Below, piece by piece: positions 40,631-53,701 of a DNA stretch of 64,000 nt. A program made the position numbers and the translations under genes. The stretch is from Thermodesulfovibrionales bacterium (GTDB lineage Bacteria; Nitrospirota; Thermodesulfovibrionia; Thermodesulfovibrionales; SM23-35): assembly GCA_963715195.1 (NCBI GenBank), contig CAVQRT010000025.1, forward strand, positions 1 through 64,000, written 5' to 3'. The number at the start of each line of letters is the position of its first letter. Position 1 is the stretch's first letter. The notes beneath the pieces are model-generated. The model was not told where the DNA came from. It did not search any database and worked only from the letters and a program-made list of their open reading frames with translations.

Positions 40631-41188
40631 ATGTGGCTTATAGTTGGGCTTGGAAATCCTGGCAGAAAATACGTCAGAACCAGACATAATGTCGGGTTTA
40701 TGGTTGTGGAGGAAATTGCTGAACGGTATACCATAGTTTTGACGGAAAGCAAATACGGATTCAGAATCGGGAGGGGTTCTATCGAGGGATGCAAAACGTT
40801 CCTCGCAGAACCCCTTCTTTATATGAATAGGAGCGGACTGGTTGTTCAGCATTTATGCAATAAGTTCAATACACCGGCAAAGAACCTTATTGTTGTTCAT
40901 GATGATCTCGATATGGAAACCGGCAGGTTGCGGATTCGGAAAACGGGATCATCGGGTGGACACAAAGGAATCGAGTCAATCATTCACAGCATAGGGTCAC
41001 GGGATTTTATCCGGGTAAAGATTGGGATCGGGAGAGAGAACGGGATACCTGCTGAAGATTATGTTCTGAGTAAATTCAGGAGACCGGAACTAAGTCAGAT
41101 GAAGGAGTCAATACAGCGCGCTGCCGATGCAGTGCGGTTTCTTGTTACTGAAGGAGTCGATAAAGCGATGAACACCTTCAATGCCTGA
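40631..41188 (+). CDS. pth: Peptidyl-tRNA hydrolase
   Basis: GLGNPG, TRHNVGF, HDDLD, GGHKG. Confidence 0.97.
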   Translation: MWLIVGLGNPGRKYVRTRHNVGFMVVEEIAERYTIVLTESKYGFRIGRGSIEGCKTFLAEPLLYMNRSGLVVQHLCNKFNTPAKNLIVVHDDLDMETGRLRIRKTGSSGGHKGIESIIHSIGSRDFIRVKIGIGRENGIPAEDYVLSKFRRPELSQMKESIQRAADAVRFLVTEGVDKAMNTFNA

Positions 41189-41196
41189 GGATACTC

Positions 41197-42450
41197 ATGC
41201 GTGACATGCTTGGCAGAGAAGAACTGATCCCGGTTGAAAAAGCCCTCGAGGTCCTCTTTCGGTATGCACCGTTTCAAAGACCTGCAGAGATTCTCATCCC
41301 GCTCGAAAACGCTTACGGAATGGTGATTTCGAGGGATATTCTTTCCCCTGAAGACCTTCCCGGATTCAGCAGGTCAACCGTTGACGGGTTCGCCGTGCGT
41401 TCCGCGGATACTTTCGGGGCAACAGAAGGACTCCCCGCCTATCTCACGATTGTCGCCGAAATACCAATGGGGCAACAACCCCGGGTAGTTCTTCTGAAAG
41501 GAGAAGGGGCAGGGATTGCTACCGGGGGGATGCTCCCGGAAGGAGCCGATGCCGCTGTAATGCTTGAACATACCCAGGAGCTTGACGGAAAGATGATAGA
41601 AATTGTCCGGCCTGTTTCTCCTGGTGAGAATGTCATACAGTCCGGGGAAGACGCCAAAAAGGACGAACTGATATTGAAGAGCGGTCACCGGCTGCGTCCC
41701 CAGGATGTTGGTGCTCTCGCCGGCCTCGGGATAACAGATATTCGTGCGTATCGAAAACCAAAGGTTTCGATTATTTCTACCGGTGACGAAATCGTTGCGC
41801 CGTCTGAGCCCGTCCAGCCCGGTGAGGTACGCGATATCAATTCCTATACACTCTCAGGTCTGATTTCTGATGCGGGCTGCATTGCAGTAAAGCGAGGTAT
41901 CTTCAGCGACAAGTATGAAGTTATAAGGGATGTCGTCGAGCAGGCATTGAGGGATTCAGAAATGATTTTAATCACCGGCGGAAGTTCCGTTGGAACCAAG
42001 GACATGACTGCGAAGGTAATCAACGATTTAGGGATCCCCGGGGTATTATTCCACGGGGTGTCATTAAAACCCGGTAAGCCGATGATAGGCGGTGTTGTGG
42101 GAACTGTGCCGATTTTTGGTCTCCCCGGGCATCCTGCAGCTGTTCATGTCTGTTTTGAAATATTTATCAGGCCCGTGCTTGCGGTCCAGTCAGGGGAGGC
42201 AGCGAGTCTGTTCCCCTGGAAAAGAAGAACTATTCGGGCAAGGATAGCCAGAAATATCTCTTCAAGCCCCGGCAGGGAAGAGCATATTGGAGTTTCGATT
42301 GAAGAGAGAGATGGAGAAGTGTGGGCGGTTCCTTTGCTTGGGAAATCAGGACTGATTACGACTTTGACCCGGGCGGACGGTACGGCCCTCATACCTCTGA
42401 GAAAATCGGGCGTGCAAGAAGGAGATTTTGTCGAAGTTACAATCTTCTAA
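41197..42450 (+). CDS. moeA: Molybdopterin molybdenumtransferase
   Basis: STVDGFAV, STGDE, KPGKP, GLPGHP. Confidence 0.95.
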   Translation: MRDMLGREELIPVEKALEVLFRYAPFQRPAEILIPLENAYGMVISRDILSPEDLPGFSRSTVDGFAVRSADTFGATEGLPAYLTIVAEIPMGQQPRVVLLKGEGAGIATGGMLPEGADAAVMLEHTQELDGKMIEIVRPVSPGENVIQSGEDAKKDELILKSGHRLRPQDVGALAGLGITDIRAYRKPKVSIISTGDEIVAPSEPVQPGEVRDINSYTLSGLISDAGCIAVKRGIFSDKYEVIRDVVEQALRDSEMILITGGSSVGTKDMTAKVINDLGIPGVLFHGVSLKPGKPMIGGVVGTVPIFGLPGHPAAVHVCFEIFIRPVLAVQSGEAASLFPWKRRTIRARIARNISSSPGREEHIGVSIEERDGEVWAVPLLGKSGLITTLTRADGTALIPLRKSGVQEGDFVEVTIF

Positions 42451-43469
42451 CCCTCTTTATCGGGAACCACTACAACCTTCAATGATTCTTTTGCATCCGA
42501 TACTAATTGAAACCCATGCATGATAGATGAGAAGGGAACCCTTTGAGTTATCATTTTCCTGATATTAATTGTTCTGCTCTCGATCAATTGCATTGCTTTC
42601 TGAAGATCACCAGGCGCTGCACCGTAGGAGAACAGTAACGTTATCTCGTCTCTCCAGAACGAAGTGGCTGGGATCTTCATGTCGGTTTCGGGAACTGCAA
42701 AAAAAAGAATCTTTCCTTTCCTGTCGACAGAAACAAGCGCAGTATCAATCGCCTGTTTTACTGCTGTACAGACTATCACTGCATCTGCCAGTCTGTTATC
42801 GTTCATGTTTTTCAGCACATTAGGAGAATATTTTCTGGCATCGATTACGCGGTCCGCGCCAAAATCCACTGCTTTGTTCATTCTGTATTCATTGATATCA
42901 GTTGCAATAACTTTTGTCCCTTTGATCTTTGACAGTTGTATATGCAAAATACCTGAAACACCGGAGCCTATTATGAGGACCGTCTGCCTTTCTTTCAAAC
43001 CTAGTAAATTTTGTCCTGCCACTGCACATGCCACAGGTTCAATCATTGTACCATCCTCGTAAGTCAACCCGGTGGAAAGGAGGAAGGTTCCATGTCTCAC
43101 ATTTGCTTCTGGAATACGTATGAATTCCGAAAACCCTCCCGGATCATAATTCCCGATATGGAGCGATTCGCAGGCGGTATAAGCACCTTGGCGACAATAA
43201 TGACAGGTATAACAGGGTACATGGTGAGAGACAAATACCCTGTCACCTTTCTGAAATCTTTCAACATGTTTCCCGGTATCGAGAATCTCGCCTGTCATTT
43301 CATGCCCGAGCACACGGGGAGCTTTTTTGACCCTGTACCACTCCATAACATCGGTTCCACAAATCCCGCACGCTTTCATCTTAACCAGAAGCTCATGATC
43401 AGAAATAGGAGGGATTTGACGTTCCTCTATTCTTATATCATCGTTACGGTAGTAAACGGCAACTTTCAT
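42447..43469 (-). CDS. Zn-dependent alcohol/sorbitol-type dehydrogenase
   Basis: CGICGTD, GHE, structural-Zn cysteines, GSGVSG. Confidence 0.9.
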   Translation of the reverse strand: MKVAVYYRNDDIRIEERQIPPISDHELLVKMKACGICGTDVMEWYRVKKAPRVLGHEMTGEILDTGKHVERFQKGDRVFVSHHVPCYTCHYCRQGAYTACESLHIGNYDPGGFSEFIRIPEANVRHGTFLLSTGLTYEDGTMIEPVACAVAGQNLLGLKERQTVLIIGSGVSGILHIQLSKIKGTKVIATDINEYRMNKAVDFGADRVIDARKYSPNVLKNMNDNRLADAVIVCTAVKQAIDTALVSVDRKGKILFFAVPETDMKIPATSFWRDEITLLFSYGAAPGDLQKAMQLIESRTINIRKMITQRVPFSSIMHGFQLVSDAKESLKVVVVPDKEG

Positions 43470-43482
43470 ATGTTTTTCTTCT

Positions 43483-43576
43483 GTCATTCTGGCTTGTCCA
43501 GAATCCTTCTTGATTTTGCGTAAGAAAAGGGTCAGATAATTGACATAAAGAAAGATTCCAGACAAGCTGGAATCAC
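43483..43576. repeat. REP-like inverted pair GTCATTCTGGCTTGTCCAGAATC...GATTCCAGACAAGCTGGAATCAC
   Basis: Imperfect 23-bp inverted repeats, each arm itself palindromic. Confidence 0.7.
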
Positions 43577-43611
43577 ACTTGTGCAATTCAGACTACAAAA
43601 TTGAGAAAGGG

Positions 43612-44385
43612 CTATTTTTTAGAGTAAATCGCAAACGCTTCATCAACTGTAGCGCCTTTATGGACAATCGATCTTATCGCTTTAATCATCCCCACAGGAT
43701 TATCACTTTGAAAAATATTTCTGCCCATGTCAACACCAGACGCACCTTCTTTAATTGCATTTTCAGTCATTTGCAAAGCATCCTTCTCAGGTATCTTTTT
43801 ACCACCTGCCATGACGATGGGTACAGGACAGCCCTCAACAACTTTATAAAAATCAGGGCAGTAATATGTCTTGACAAAATGGGCTCCTATCTCTGCTGCA
43901 ATCCTGCACGCAAGGCTTAGGTACCGCGCATCTCTTCCCATTTCTCTTCCAACAGCTGTTACGGCAAGCACGGGAATTCCGTACCGCTCTGCCTCATTTA
44001 CCAGTCTCCCAAGGTTAGCAATAGTTCTGTCCTCATTAGCTGCACCAACAAAGATGGACATCCCGACTCCAGCAGCATTGAGCCTTATCGCCTCTTCCAT
44101 AGAAGTGGTGGTGTCTTCTTTTGATAATTCCCCGAGGATACTTGGTCCTCCCGAAACCCTGAGGCATATTGAAACATCGCTTTTAGGGTCTATACAGTTT
44201 CGTACCATCCCCCTCGTAATAAACAAACAGTCTGCATGGGGAATGAGGGGACTGATCGTTTCCCGCAAATTTCGCAATCCTGTTGTTGGCCCCTGAAAAT
44301 AGCCATGATCTACTGCAAGCATGACTGTTTTCCCTGTCTTGGGTTTTATGATACGTGCCAGCCTATTGGTCATTCCGAAGCCCAT
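43612..44385 (-). CDS. lsrF: LsrF-like thiolase / class I aldolase
   Basis: MLAVDHGYFQGPT, VKTYY, AGGKK, DMGRNIFQS. Confidence 0.88.
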   Translation of the reverse strand: MGFGMTNRLARIIKPKTGKTVMLAVDHGYFQGPTTGLRNLRETISPLIPHADCLFITRGMVRNCIDPKSDVSICLRVSGGPSILGELSKEDTTTSMEEAIRLNAAGVGMSIFVGAANEDRTIANLGRLVNEAERYGIPVLAVTAVGREMGRDARYLSLACRIAAEIGAHFVKTYYCPDFYKVVEGCPVPIVMAGGKKIPEKDALQMTENAIKEGASGVDMGRNIFQSDNPVGMIKAIRSIVHKGATVDEAFAIYSKK

Positions 44386-44496
44386 AATACGATTCTCCTT
44401 CTTTGAGCAATTTTGGAAGTATAAAAAAAGCAACATGAAACTGTCAAAAATAGAGCTGCATAATTTGTCATGAAAAAAGGTTATCATGAAAAAAGA

Positions 44497-44555
44497 TTGA
44501 CAAATGTTTTTCCGGTTAGGTAACATACGTGCTCTTGCTTATTGTTCTTTGAAAA
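44497..44555 (+). promoter_or_regulatory. rRNA operon promoter and boxA-like site
   Basis: TTGACA at 44497, TAACAT at 44521; tgttctttgaaaa 44543-44555, repeated at 46561. Confidence 0.65.
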
Positions 44556-44598
44556 ATCTAAAAAAGTGCGTAGCAAACCCTTGTCAGTTTTAAACTTT

Positions 44599-46139
<1,541 letters not shown>

Positions 46140-46193
46140 AAAAAATTAAGGGTTATGCTACGCACTTTTTTAGTTTTTGGCAGAGTAAAGCAG

Positions 46194-46270
<77 letters not shown>

Positions 46271-46366
46271 GGCCACTAACCATGGAATTACCAAATTCCA
46301 GATTACAAATTCCAAGCCTGTTTTATTTTGGAATGTGCATATTGGTTTTTGGAGTTTTAAGAAAGT

Positions 46367-46442
46367 GGGGGTGTAGCTCAGTTGGGAGAGCGCCTGCTTT
46401 GCAAGCAGGAGGTCATCGGTTCGATCCCGTTCACCTCCACCA
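46367..46442 (+). tRNA. tRNA-Ala(UGC)
   Basis: Cloverleaf, TTTGCAA loop, CCA end; in the 16S-23S spacer. Confidence 0.97.
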
Positions 46443-46863
46443 AGCAAATTTGGTCCTACCAAATTTGCAGTTGTTAGTTTTCAGGTAACAGTTATCAGGA
46501 AAGAGCCTGAGAACGAATAACTGACAGCTAAAAACTGCAAACTTGTGATACAAGTTTGTTTGTTCTTTGACAACAGAAGGGAAGAGTAAGGGTCAAGTTA
46601 GGAAGGGCATATGGTGGATGCCAAGGCATCAGGAGGCGACGAAGGACGTGGCAGGCTACGAAAATCCACGGGGAGCTGCGAGCGAGCGTTGATCCGTGGG
46701 AGTCCGAATGGGGCAACCCATGCCGATTAAAATCGGCATATCGTATGCTGAACACATAGGCATACGAAGCGAACCCGGGGAAGTGAAACATCTCAGTACC
46801 TGGAGGAAGAGAAATCAAGCGAGATTCCCTCAGTAGCGGCGAGCGAAGGGGGAAGAGCCCAAA

Positions 46864-46989
46864 CCCAGCCTAACACAGACAGTTTAAGGGTTAAAGGGGT
46901 AGATAGGGTAAAGGTTGGAAGACATTGAGGTTTTTGAACCTTTAAACCGTTAGACCATCAAACGTTTAAACTCTGTGTGTTAGGTTGGG
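46864..46989 (+). other. 23S insertion 1 (domain I variable helix)
   Basis: cccagcctaacaca...tgtgttaggttggg stem, 126 nt where a short helix is usual. Confidence 0.75.
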
Positions 46990-47192
46990 GGTTGTAGGAC
47001 CGCACAAGTAGGAATACTGTATGGTAGCTGAATGTTCTGGAAAGGACATCCGGAGGGGGTGACAGGCCCGTAGGCGAAACGATACAGACACCGAAGCGGT
47101 ATCCTGAGTACCACGGGGCACGTGGAACCCTGTGGGAAGCTGGGGGGACCACCCTCCAAGGCTAAAGACTCCCTGATGACCGATAGTGGACG

Positions 47193-47223
<31 letters not shown>

Positions 47224-47274
47224 GGTGAAGGGAGTGAAATAGAACCTGAAACCGTATGCCTACAAGCAATCAGA

Positions 47275-47432
47275 GCCGTGCAGTAGTACGGAAGCTCCAA
47301 TGACCAATCACCAAGAAACAAATAAAGACCAATGATCGGAATTCAATGATCGAAGGGAGACTGTTTTCTTGATAAAGGGAATGTATTTGTACCTTGGAAT
47401 TTGGAAATTGGGATTTCCATGCTATGCATGGT
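47275..47432 (+). other. 23S intervening sequence at helix 25
   Basis: Long stem between tacaagca and gtgccttttg. Confidence 0.8.
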
Positions 47433-48047
47433 GATGGTGTGCCTTTTGATTAATGAGCCGGCGAGTTACTGGCTGTAGCGAGGTTAATCCCGTTGACGGG
47501 AGGAGCCGTAGGGAAACCGAGTCTTAACAGGGCGAATGAGTTACAGTTAGTAGACCCGAAGCCAGGTGATCTACCCATGGACAGGGTGAAGCGAAGGTAA
47601 GACTTCGTGGAGGCCCGAACCGATGTTTGTTGCAAAAAGCTCGGATGAGCTGTGGGTAGGGGTGAAAGGCCAATCAAACCTGGTGATAGCTGGTTCTCCC
47701 CGAAATGTATTTAGGTACAGCCTCAGTGCAGTCTTATGGGGGTAGGGCACTGGATGGGCTAGGGCCTCATAAGGGGTACCAAACCCAACCAAACCGCGAA
47801 TACCATGGAGATGGTCACTGGGAGTGAGACTGCGGGTGCTAAGATTCGTAGTCGAGAGGGAAACAGCCCAGACCGTCAGCTAAGGTCCCTAAGGGTATGC
47901 TCAGTGGTAAAGGATGTGGTGTTGCGCAGACAGCCAGGATGTTGGCTTAGAAGCAGCCATCATTGAAAGAAAGCGTAACAGCTCACTGGTCAAGCGACAC
48001 TGCGCCGAAAATGTAACGGGGCTCAAGCATATCACCGAAGCTACGGA

Positions 48048-48199
48048 CTTCAGTGCTTCGCACTGGAAATTCTAAATTCGAGTATCTAAATCCTAAACAA
48101 ATTCAAATGATCGAAATACAAAATATTTGAAACGATTGACGAGGAGTTTAGAATGTATTTGGATTTAGTGCTTAGAGCTTCCACTGCGGAGCATTGGAG
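48048..48199 (+). other. 23S intervening sequence at helix 45
   Basis: Long stem between accgaagct and ggtaggggagc. Confidence 0.8.
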
Positions 48200-48891
48200 T
48201 GGTAGGGGAGCATTCTGTAGGCCTGTGAAGGCGTGCCGTGAGGCATGCTGGAGGTGGCAGAAGAGATTATGCCGGCATAAGTAGCGCAAATTCTGATGAA
48301 AAGTCAGGACGCCGTAAACCTAAGGTTTCCTGGGGAAGGGACATCCGCCCAGGGTTAGTCGGACCTAAGGCGAGGCCGAGAGGCGTAGCTGATGGACAAC
48401 TGGTTAATATTCCAGTACCGTCTTGTGTGCGTTTGACTGAAGGGGTGACGCAGGAGGATAGTCCGGGCCTGGTGATGGTTCAGGTCCAAGCGTTGAGGCT
48501 GGTGGTCAGGCAAATCCGGCCACCGTAAAAGCCGGGGCGTGATGGGGAAGGCCGTAAGGCTGAACCCGGGTGATTTCACACTGACGAGAAAACCCTCGTA
48601 GGGAGCACATGGGATGACCGTACCGCAAACCGACACTGGTAGGTGGGTAGAAGATACCAAGGCGTTCGAGAGAACCCTCGCTAAGGAACTCGGCAAAGTG
48701 ACCCCGTAACTTCGGGAGAAGGGGTTCCACCGTAAGGTGGACGCAGTAAAGAGGCTCAGGCGACTGTTTAGCAAAAACACAGGTGTCTGCGAACTCGCAA
48801 GAGGAGGTATAGGCACTGACGCCTGCCCGGTGCCGGAAGGTTAATGGGAGAGGTCATCTTCGCAAGGGGAGAAGCCTTGAACTGAAGCCCT

Positions 48892-48962
<71 letters not shown>

Positions 48963-49045
48963 TGAATGGCGTAACGATCTGAGCGCTGTCTCGGCGAGGG
49001 GCTCGGCGAACTTGAGATACCGGTGAAGACGCCGGTTACCTGCAA

Positions 49046-49083
<38 letters not shown>

Positions 49084-49402
49084 GCAGTGAGCTTTGGTGA
49101 TGTATGTGTAGGATAGGTGGGAGGCGGTGAAGTGGGGACGTTAGTTTCCATGGAGCCAACGTTGAAATACCACCCTTACCTTACTGGGGCTCTAACCTGT
49201 CCCCCTGATCGGGGGAAGGAACACTGTCTGGTGGGTAGTTTGACTGGGGCGGTCGCCTCCCAAAGAGTAACGGAGGCGTCCAAAGGTCTCCTCAGGCTGG
49301 ACGGAAACCAGCTGTCGAGTGCAAAGGCATAAGGAGGCTTAACTGTGAGGCTGACGGGCCGAGCAGATACGAAAGTAGGGCTTAGTGATCCGGTGGCACT
49401 GA

Positions 49403-49453
<51 letters not shown>

Positions 49454-49534
49454 TATCGGGTCCAAGAGTTCACATCGACGACCCGGTTTGGCACCTCGAT
49501 GTCGACTCATCGCATCCTGGAGCTGAAGCAGGTT

Positions 49535-49566
<32 letters not shown>

Positions 49567-49575
49567 TACGAGAGT

Positions 49576-49612
<37 letters not shown>

Positions 49613-49641
49613 TGTTGCAGGCGCAGGAGACTTGAGGGGTT

Positions 49642-49672
<31 letters not shown>

Positions 49673-49979
49673 AGACCTCTGGTGTTCCGGTTGTCATGCC
49701 CGTGGCAATGCCGGGTAGCTATGTCTGGATGGGATAAACGCTGAAGGCATCTAAGCGTGAAGCCCGCCCCAAGATGAGGTCTCCCGTGGAGTAATCCACC
49801 TGAAGGTCTGTGGTAGACTACCACGTCGATAGGCTGGAGGTGTACGTGCAGTAATGCATTCAGCTGACCAGTACTAATAGACCGTGCGACTTGACCCTTA
49901 TTTTATCCCTCCTGTTGTCAAAGAGAACTTGAAATTCGCAGTATTTCGGTGGTAAAATTTTCAACACGAATACGCGGTT

Positions 49980-50096
<117 letters not shown>

Positions 50097-50100
50097 TTAG

Positions 50101-50140
50101 AAATACAAAAGGCTCAGTGAAAACTGAGCCTTTTGTATTT
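50101..50140. terminator. Bidirectional intrinsic terminator after the rRNA operon
   Basis: aaatacaaaaggctcag / ctgagccttttgtattt. Confidence 0.9.
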
Positions 50141-50307
50141 TCAGATCCTCAGGACATAATTTTAGTGCTACTACAGACAGAAAATATTTTGCTGTTGTGA
50201 AACCTGTGCATTGCGAATCATTTACGCTGGACCCTAAGGATAGGGATATTATAGACAAAAGCAGTATTGAAATTGACGGACCACCTACTAGTGTAGTGTT
50301 TCATTAA

Positions 50308-51006
50308 TTACTTGCTTTCGACCAGTTTATTGAAATATTCCGGAAATCCGGTTTCGAACGTAAGCCGCTTGCCGCTGAAAGGATGTATGAAGGAAATCGA
50401 TTTGGCATGAAGAGCTAAACGTTTGTATCTCTCTTTTCCCTTTCCGTATTTCTCATCCCCTACAACCGGGTGTCCAATTTCAGCGAGATGCACGCGTATC
50501 TGATGCTTCCTGCCTGTTAAAAGATTAACCTCCAGCAAAGAAAACTCTTTCGTAGCCTTCAACACCCTGTAAGCAGTATGCGCCAGTTTTCCTTTTGTGG
50601 CATCAGTTGTGGAATATACGAGGTGGGCCTTATTCTCAGCCAGGTAGGTCGTAATCGTCATCTCCTTTTTTTCACACCTGCCGTGAACAACCGCAATATA
50701 TCTCTTCACTGTTTCTTCCCATTGGCCCTGCAGCTGCAGTTTGGCCTCCATGCGCTTTGCAAAAATAAGTATCCCGGATGTATCACGATCCAGCCGATGA
50801 ACTATGAAGATGCGCTTTGCGGACTTGGTGTAACCCTTCCGCACATAATCGGTCAGTATTGCGTAAAGTGTTCGCGATTTGTCCCTGTCTGTTCCCATTG
50901 TCAGAAGGCCGAATGGCTTGACGACAATCAGGATGTCACTGTCTTCATAAAGTATGCTGATATTTTTTGGCAAGTGCTGATTGCACTGGCTTAATTTTTT
51001 AGGCAT
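50308..51006 (-). CDS. RluA-family pseudouridine synthase
   Basis: VHRLDRDTSG, TGRKHQIRVH, LHA motifs. Confidence 0.93.
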   Translation of the reverse strand: MPKKLSQCNQHLPKNISILYEDSDILIVVKPFGLLTMGTDRDKSRTLYAILTDYVRKGYTKSAKRIFIVHRLDRDTSGILIFAKRMEAKLQLQGQWEETVKRYIAVVHGRCEKKEMTITTYLAENKAHLVYSTTDATKGKLAHTAYRVLKATKEFSLLEVNLLTGRKHQIRVHLAEIGHPVVGDEKYGKGKERYKRLALHAKSISFIHPFSGKRLTFETGFPEYFNKLVESK

Positions 51007-51040
51007 TAAAAATACTCCGATAGGCTGGTCTTTTTTTGCT

Positions 51041-51637
51041 TCATTCCTGTCCAGATAATACGCTTCTGATATGATGCCACAATGCGTCCCTGCCTTCTCC
51101 GGTCTCACTGGAATAGATGAGCGATGCAATATGAGCGGGAAGCATTAATCCTTTGCGAATTGCGGCAATATGAGTGGGTCGCTTGCCGCGGCTGATTTTA
51201 TCTGCCTTTGTTCCGACAATGACATACGGGATATTGAGTCCCATCAGCCATTCTGAAGCATTCTTGTCATTTTTCATAGGCTCATGCCGCAAGTCAATCA
51301 GATGCACAATTAGAGCAAGCCTGTTCCGATTCCGAAGATAATTGGTGATGAACTCTCCCCACTCCCTGCGCTTTCCTTTTGATGTCTCCGCATAACCATA
51401 TCCGGGCAGGTCGACCAGATACATCTGCTCATTGATGGCAAAATAATTAATAGTCTGTGTTTTTCCGGGCTGCCTGCTGGTATGAGCCAGCCTGCGTCGT
51501 GCGCATAATGAATTGATCAGGGATGATTTGCCTACATTGGAACGTCCGATCATCACAATCTCCGGATACCCGGTGTCAGGGTATTGATTTGGTCCAACTG
51601 CACTGATAGTGCATTTAGCGGAAATTATTTTCATCAT
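51041..51637 (-). CDS. engB: Ribosome biogenesis GTPase YihA/YsxC
   Basis: GRSNVGKSS, PGKT, DLPGYG, TKAD. Confidence 0.95.
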   Translation of the reverse strand: MMKIISAKCTISAVGPNQYPDTGYPEIVMIGRSNVGKSSLINSLCARRRLAHTSRQPGKTQTINYFAINEQMYLVDLPGYGYAETSKGKRREWGEFITNYLRNRNRLALIVHLIDLRHEPMKNDKNASEWLMGLNIPYVIVGTKADKISRGKRPTHIAAIRKGLMLPAHIASLIYSSETGEGRDALWHHIRSVLSGQE

Positions 51638-51868
51638 TCTTCCTTGTCAGGTACCCAAAAACCGATATCAGGTATTGTACTACAACGTGCTGGCGACAAG
51701 GAGCTAACTGCCAAGTACCGTACTGCGGGATTCCTATGAGTACGTTTGACTAATACGATCTCTCATGGTGAATCTGTTCCGGGGATTAACCGGTATATTA
51801 TCGGAATACTGGACTTTCAGGTTCAGACTACTGTTATGGATTAGATTGATTAAGGTATAGTAAGAAGA

Positions 51869-53173
51869 GTGAGATTTGAAGAACTGCATATTCCTGCAAA
51901 GATTTTTCAAGGAATCAGAGCTGCGGGATTCACTGAGTGTACTCCGGTGCAGGCTCTTACTCTACCTGAAGCGTTACAGGGCAGAGATATCGCAGCTCAG
52001 GCTCAGACAGGGACGGGCAAGACTGCTGCGTTTCTGATCGCATTATTCTCACGCATGCTTACGGTGCGTTCGTTGGGACGGAGACCTTCACCGCGGGCCC
52101 TTATCATCGCGCCAACCCGGGAACTTGTAATCCAGATAGATGCAGAGGCAAAACTGCTTGGCGGTCCTGCCGGCTTCAGGATCGTTTCTGTATATGGGGG
52201 CATCGACTATCTGAAGCAGCGCGAGGAGATCTCAAAGAGTACTGACGTCCTCATCGGAACGCCTGGCCGGCTCATCGATTATATTAAGCAGAAATTATAC
52301 AACCTTAGGAATACTCAGTTCCTCGTGATTGACGAGGCTGATCGTCTTTTCGACATGGGCTTTATCAGCGACCTCCGGTACCTCCTCAGGAGAATGTCTC
52401 CTTACAACAGACGGCAGTCCATGCTCTTTTCCGCAACCCTGTCCAACCGCGTGCTTGAACTTTGTTACGAGCATATGAATAATCCCGAGAGGTTTGCGGT
52501 AACACCCGAAAAGATTACGGTAGAACAGATTGAACAGGAAATCTATCACGTTGGTGTCTCCGAAAAGTTTGGTGTTTTGCTCGGGATCCTCAGACGTGAG
52601 TCCGGCGGCCGTTATCTCGTTTTCTGCAATACCCGGGCTGCAGCCGAACAGCTTGAAAGGATCCTGAATGCTAATGGTTATGCTGCTGCTGCACTCACCG
52701 GGGACCTTGATCAGAGCAAACGGCTGAAAGTGCTCTCCCGTTTCAGGAGCGGTACATTACCAATTCTTGTGGCTACGGATGTGGCGAGCCGAGGGCTCCA
52801 TATCGAGGGGGTGACGCATGTGATCAACTACGACCTTCCCCAGGATTCGGAAGACTATGTGCACAGGATTGGAAGAACAGCCCGCGCCGGGGCAGGTGGC
52901 AGAGCGATAAGCCTTGCCTGCGAAGCATACGTCCACTCCCTTCCGGAAATCGAGGAATTAATCAGACAGAAGATACAGGTTATGCCACTGACAGAGGAAA
53001 TGATAGTAACCGGTTATCGCAAGAAGCCGAGGTATGATATAAAAAAATTTGTCCAGCCACGGAGAAAAGACTATCGGGAAATACACCGGAAAGATAAACC
53101 ATCGAGTACGGGCAGTATTCTGCATGATTCTAAAAAAACAGATCGCCGTCGCCATGAGCGAAAGAAACCCTAA
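51869..53173 (+). CDS. DEAD-box RNA helicase (RhlB-like)
   Basis: AQTGTGKT, PTREL, DEAD, SAT, HRIGRTAR. Confidence 0.95.
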   Translation: MRFEELHIPAKIFQGIRAAGFTECTPVQALTLPEALQGRDIAAQAQTGTGKTAAFLIALFSRMLTVRSLGRRPSPRALIIAPTRELVIQIDAEAKLLGGPAGFRIVSVYGGIDYLKQREEISKSTDVLIGTPGRLIDYIKQKLYNLRNTQFLVIDEADRLFDMGFISDLRYLLRRMSPYNRRQSMLFSATLSNRVLELCYEHMNNPERFAVTPEKITVEQIEQEIYHVGVSEKFGVLLGILRRESGGRYLVFCNTRAAAEQLERILNANGYAAAALTGDLDQSKRLKVLSRFRSGTLPILVATDVASRGLHIEGVTHVINYDLPQDSEDYVHRIGRTARAGAGGRAISLACEAYVHSLPEIEELIRQKIQVMPLTEEMIVTGYRKKPRYDIKKFVQPRRKDYREIHRKDKPSSTGSILHDSKKTDRRRHERKKP

Positions 53174-53701
53174 AAGGGCACCCTGGGGGGAGATTTCCGG
53201 GAAGTGATGCAGAATAAAGGGGGCAAAGAAGGCAGTCATCGCAGAAAGTCTGGTGATCTTTATCTTGAGGTAGAAGTCTACACCCCCTTTTTTGAAAAGC
53301 TAAAAGGTTTTTAAGAAATGAACGGGCATTGAATAAGGAAAGAAATATGCGTTTAACGGCATGGGCAAGTAAAAAGAAGCAACATAGTGATGTCGGGTAA
53401 GCCCTTTACCCACGAGTCAACAGTCTCGATGTTTCTCAGAAGAAGCGCATGCCTTCATCAAAGAAACACAGCGGTTACTCTCATTGGCGTGAGACTTACG
53501 AATAAGCGTCATTCCACAAATCTCGCAGAGGAATGACGCTTATTCGAAGGGTTGCCTCTCAGGAGTCTCTCGAATGCTGTACATCTTTCATCCCGTTCTT
53601 GTGATATCACACACAGACGTCGATGAATGAAAATCCTTATATTGATTTCAATTTGTTTATCCACGGGAGAGAGGCTTAGTGAACCGGGGTAGGGCATAAA
53701 C

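Noticed and set aside
42447..44385. lsrF as evidence of AI-2 quorum sensing
   Set aside because: No lsrACDB, lsrK or lsrG nearby; more likely a generic sugar-phosphate pair with the dehydrogenase
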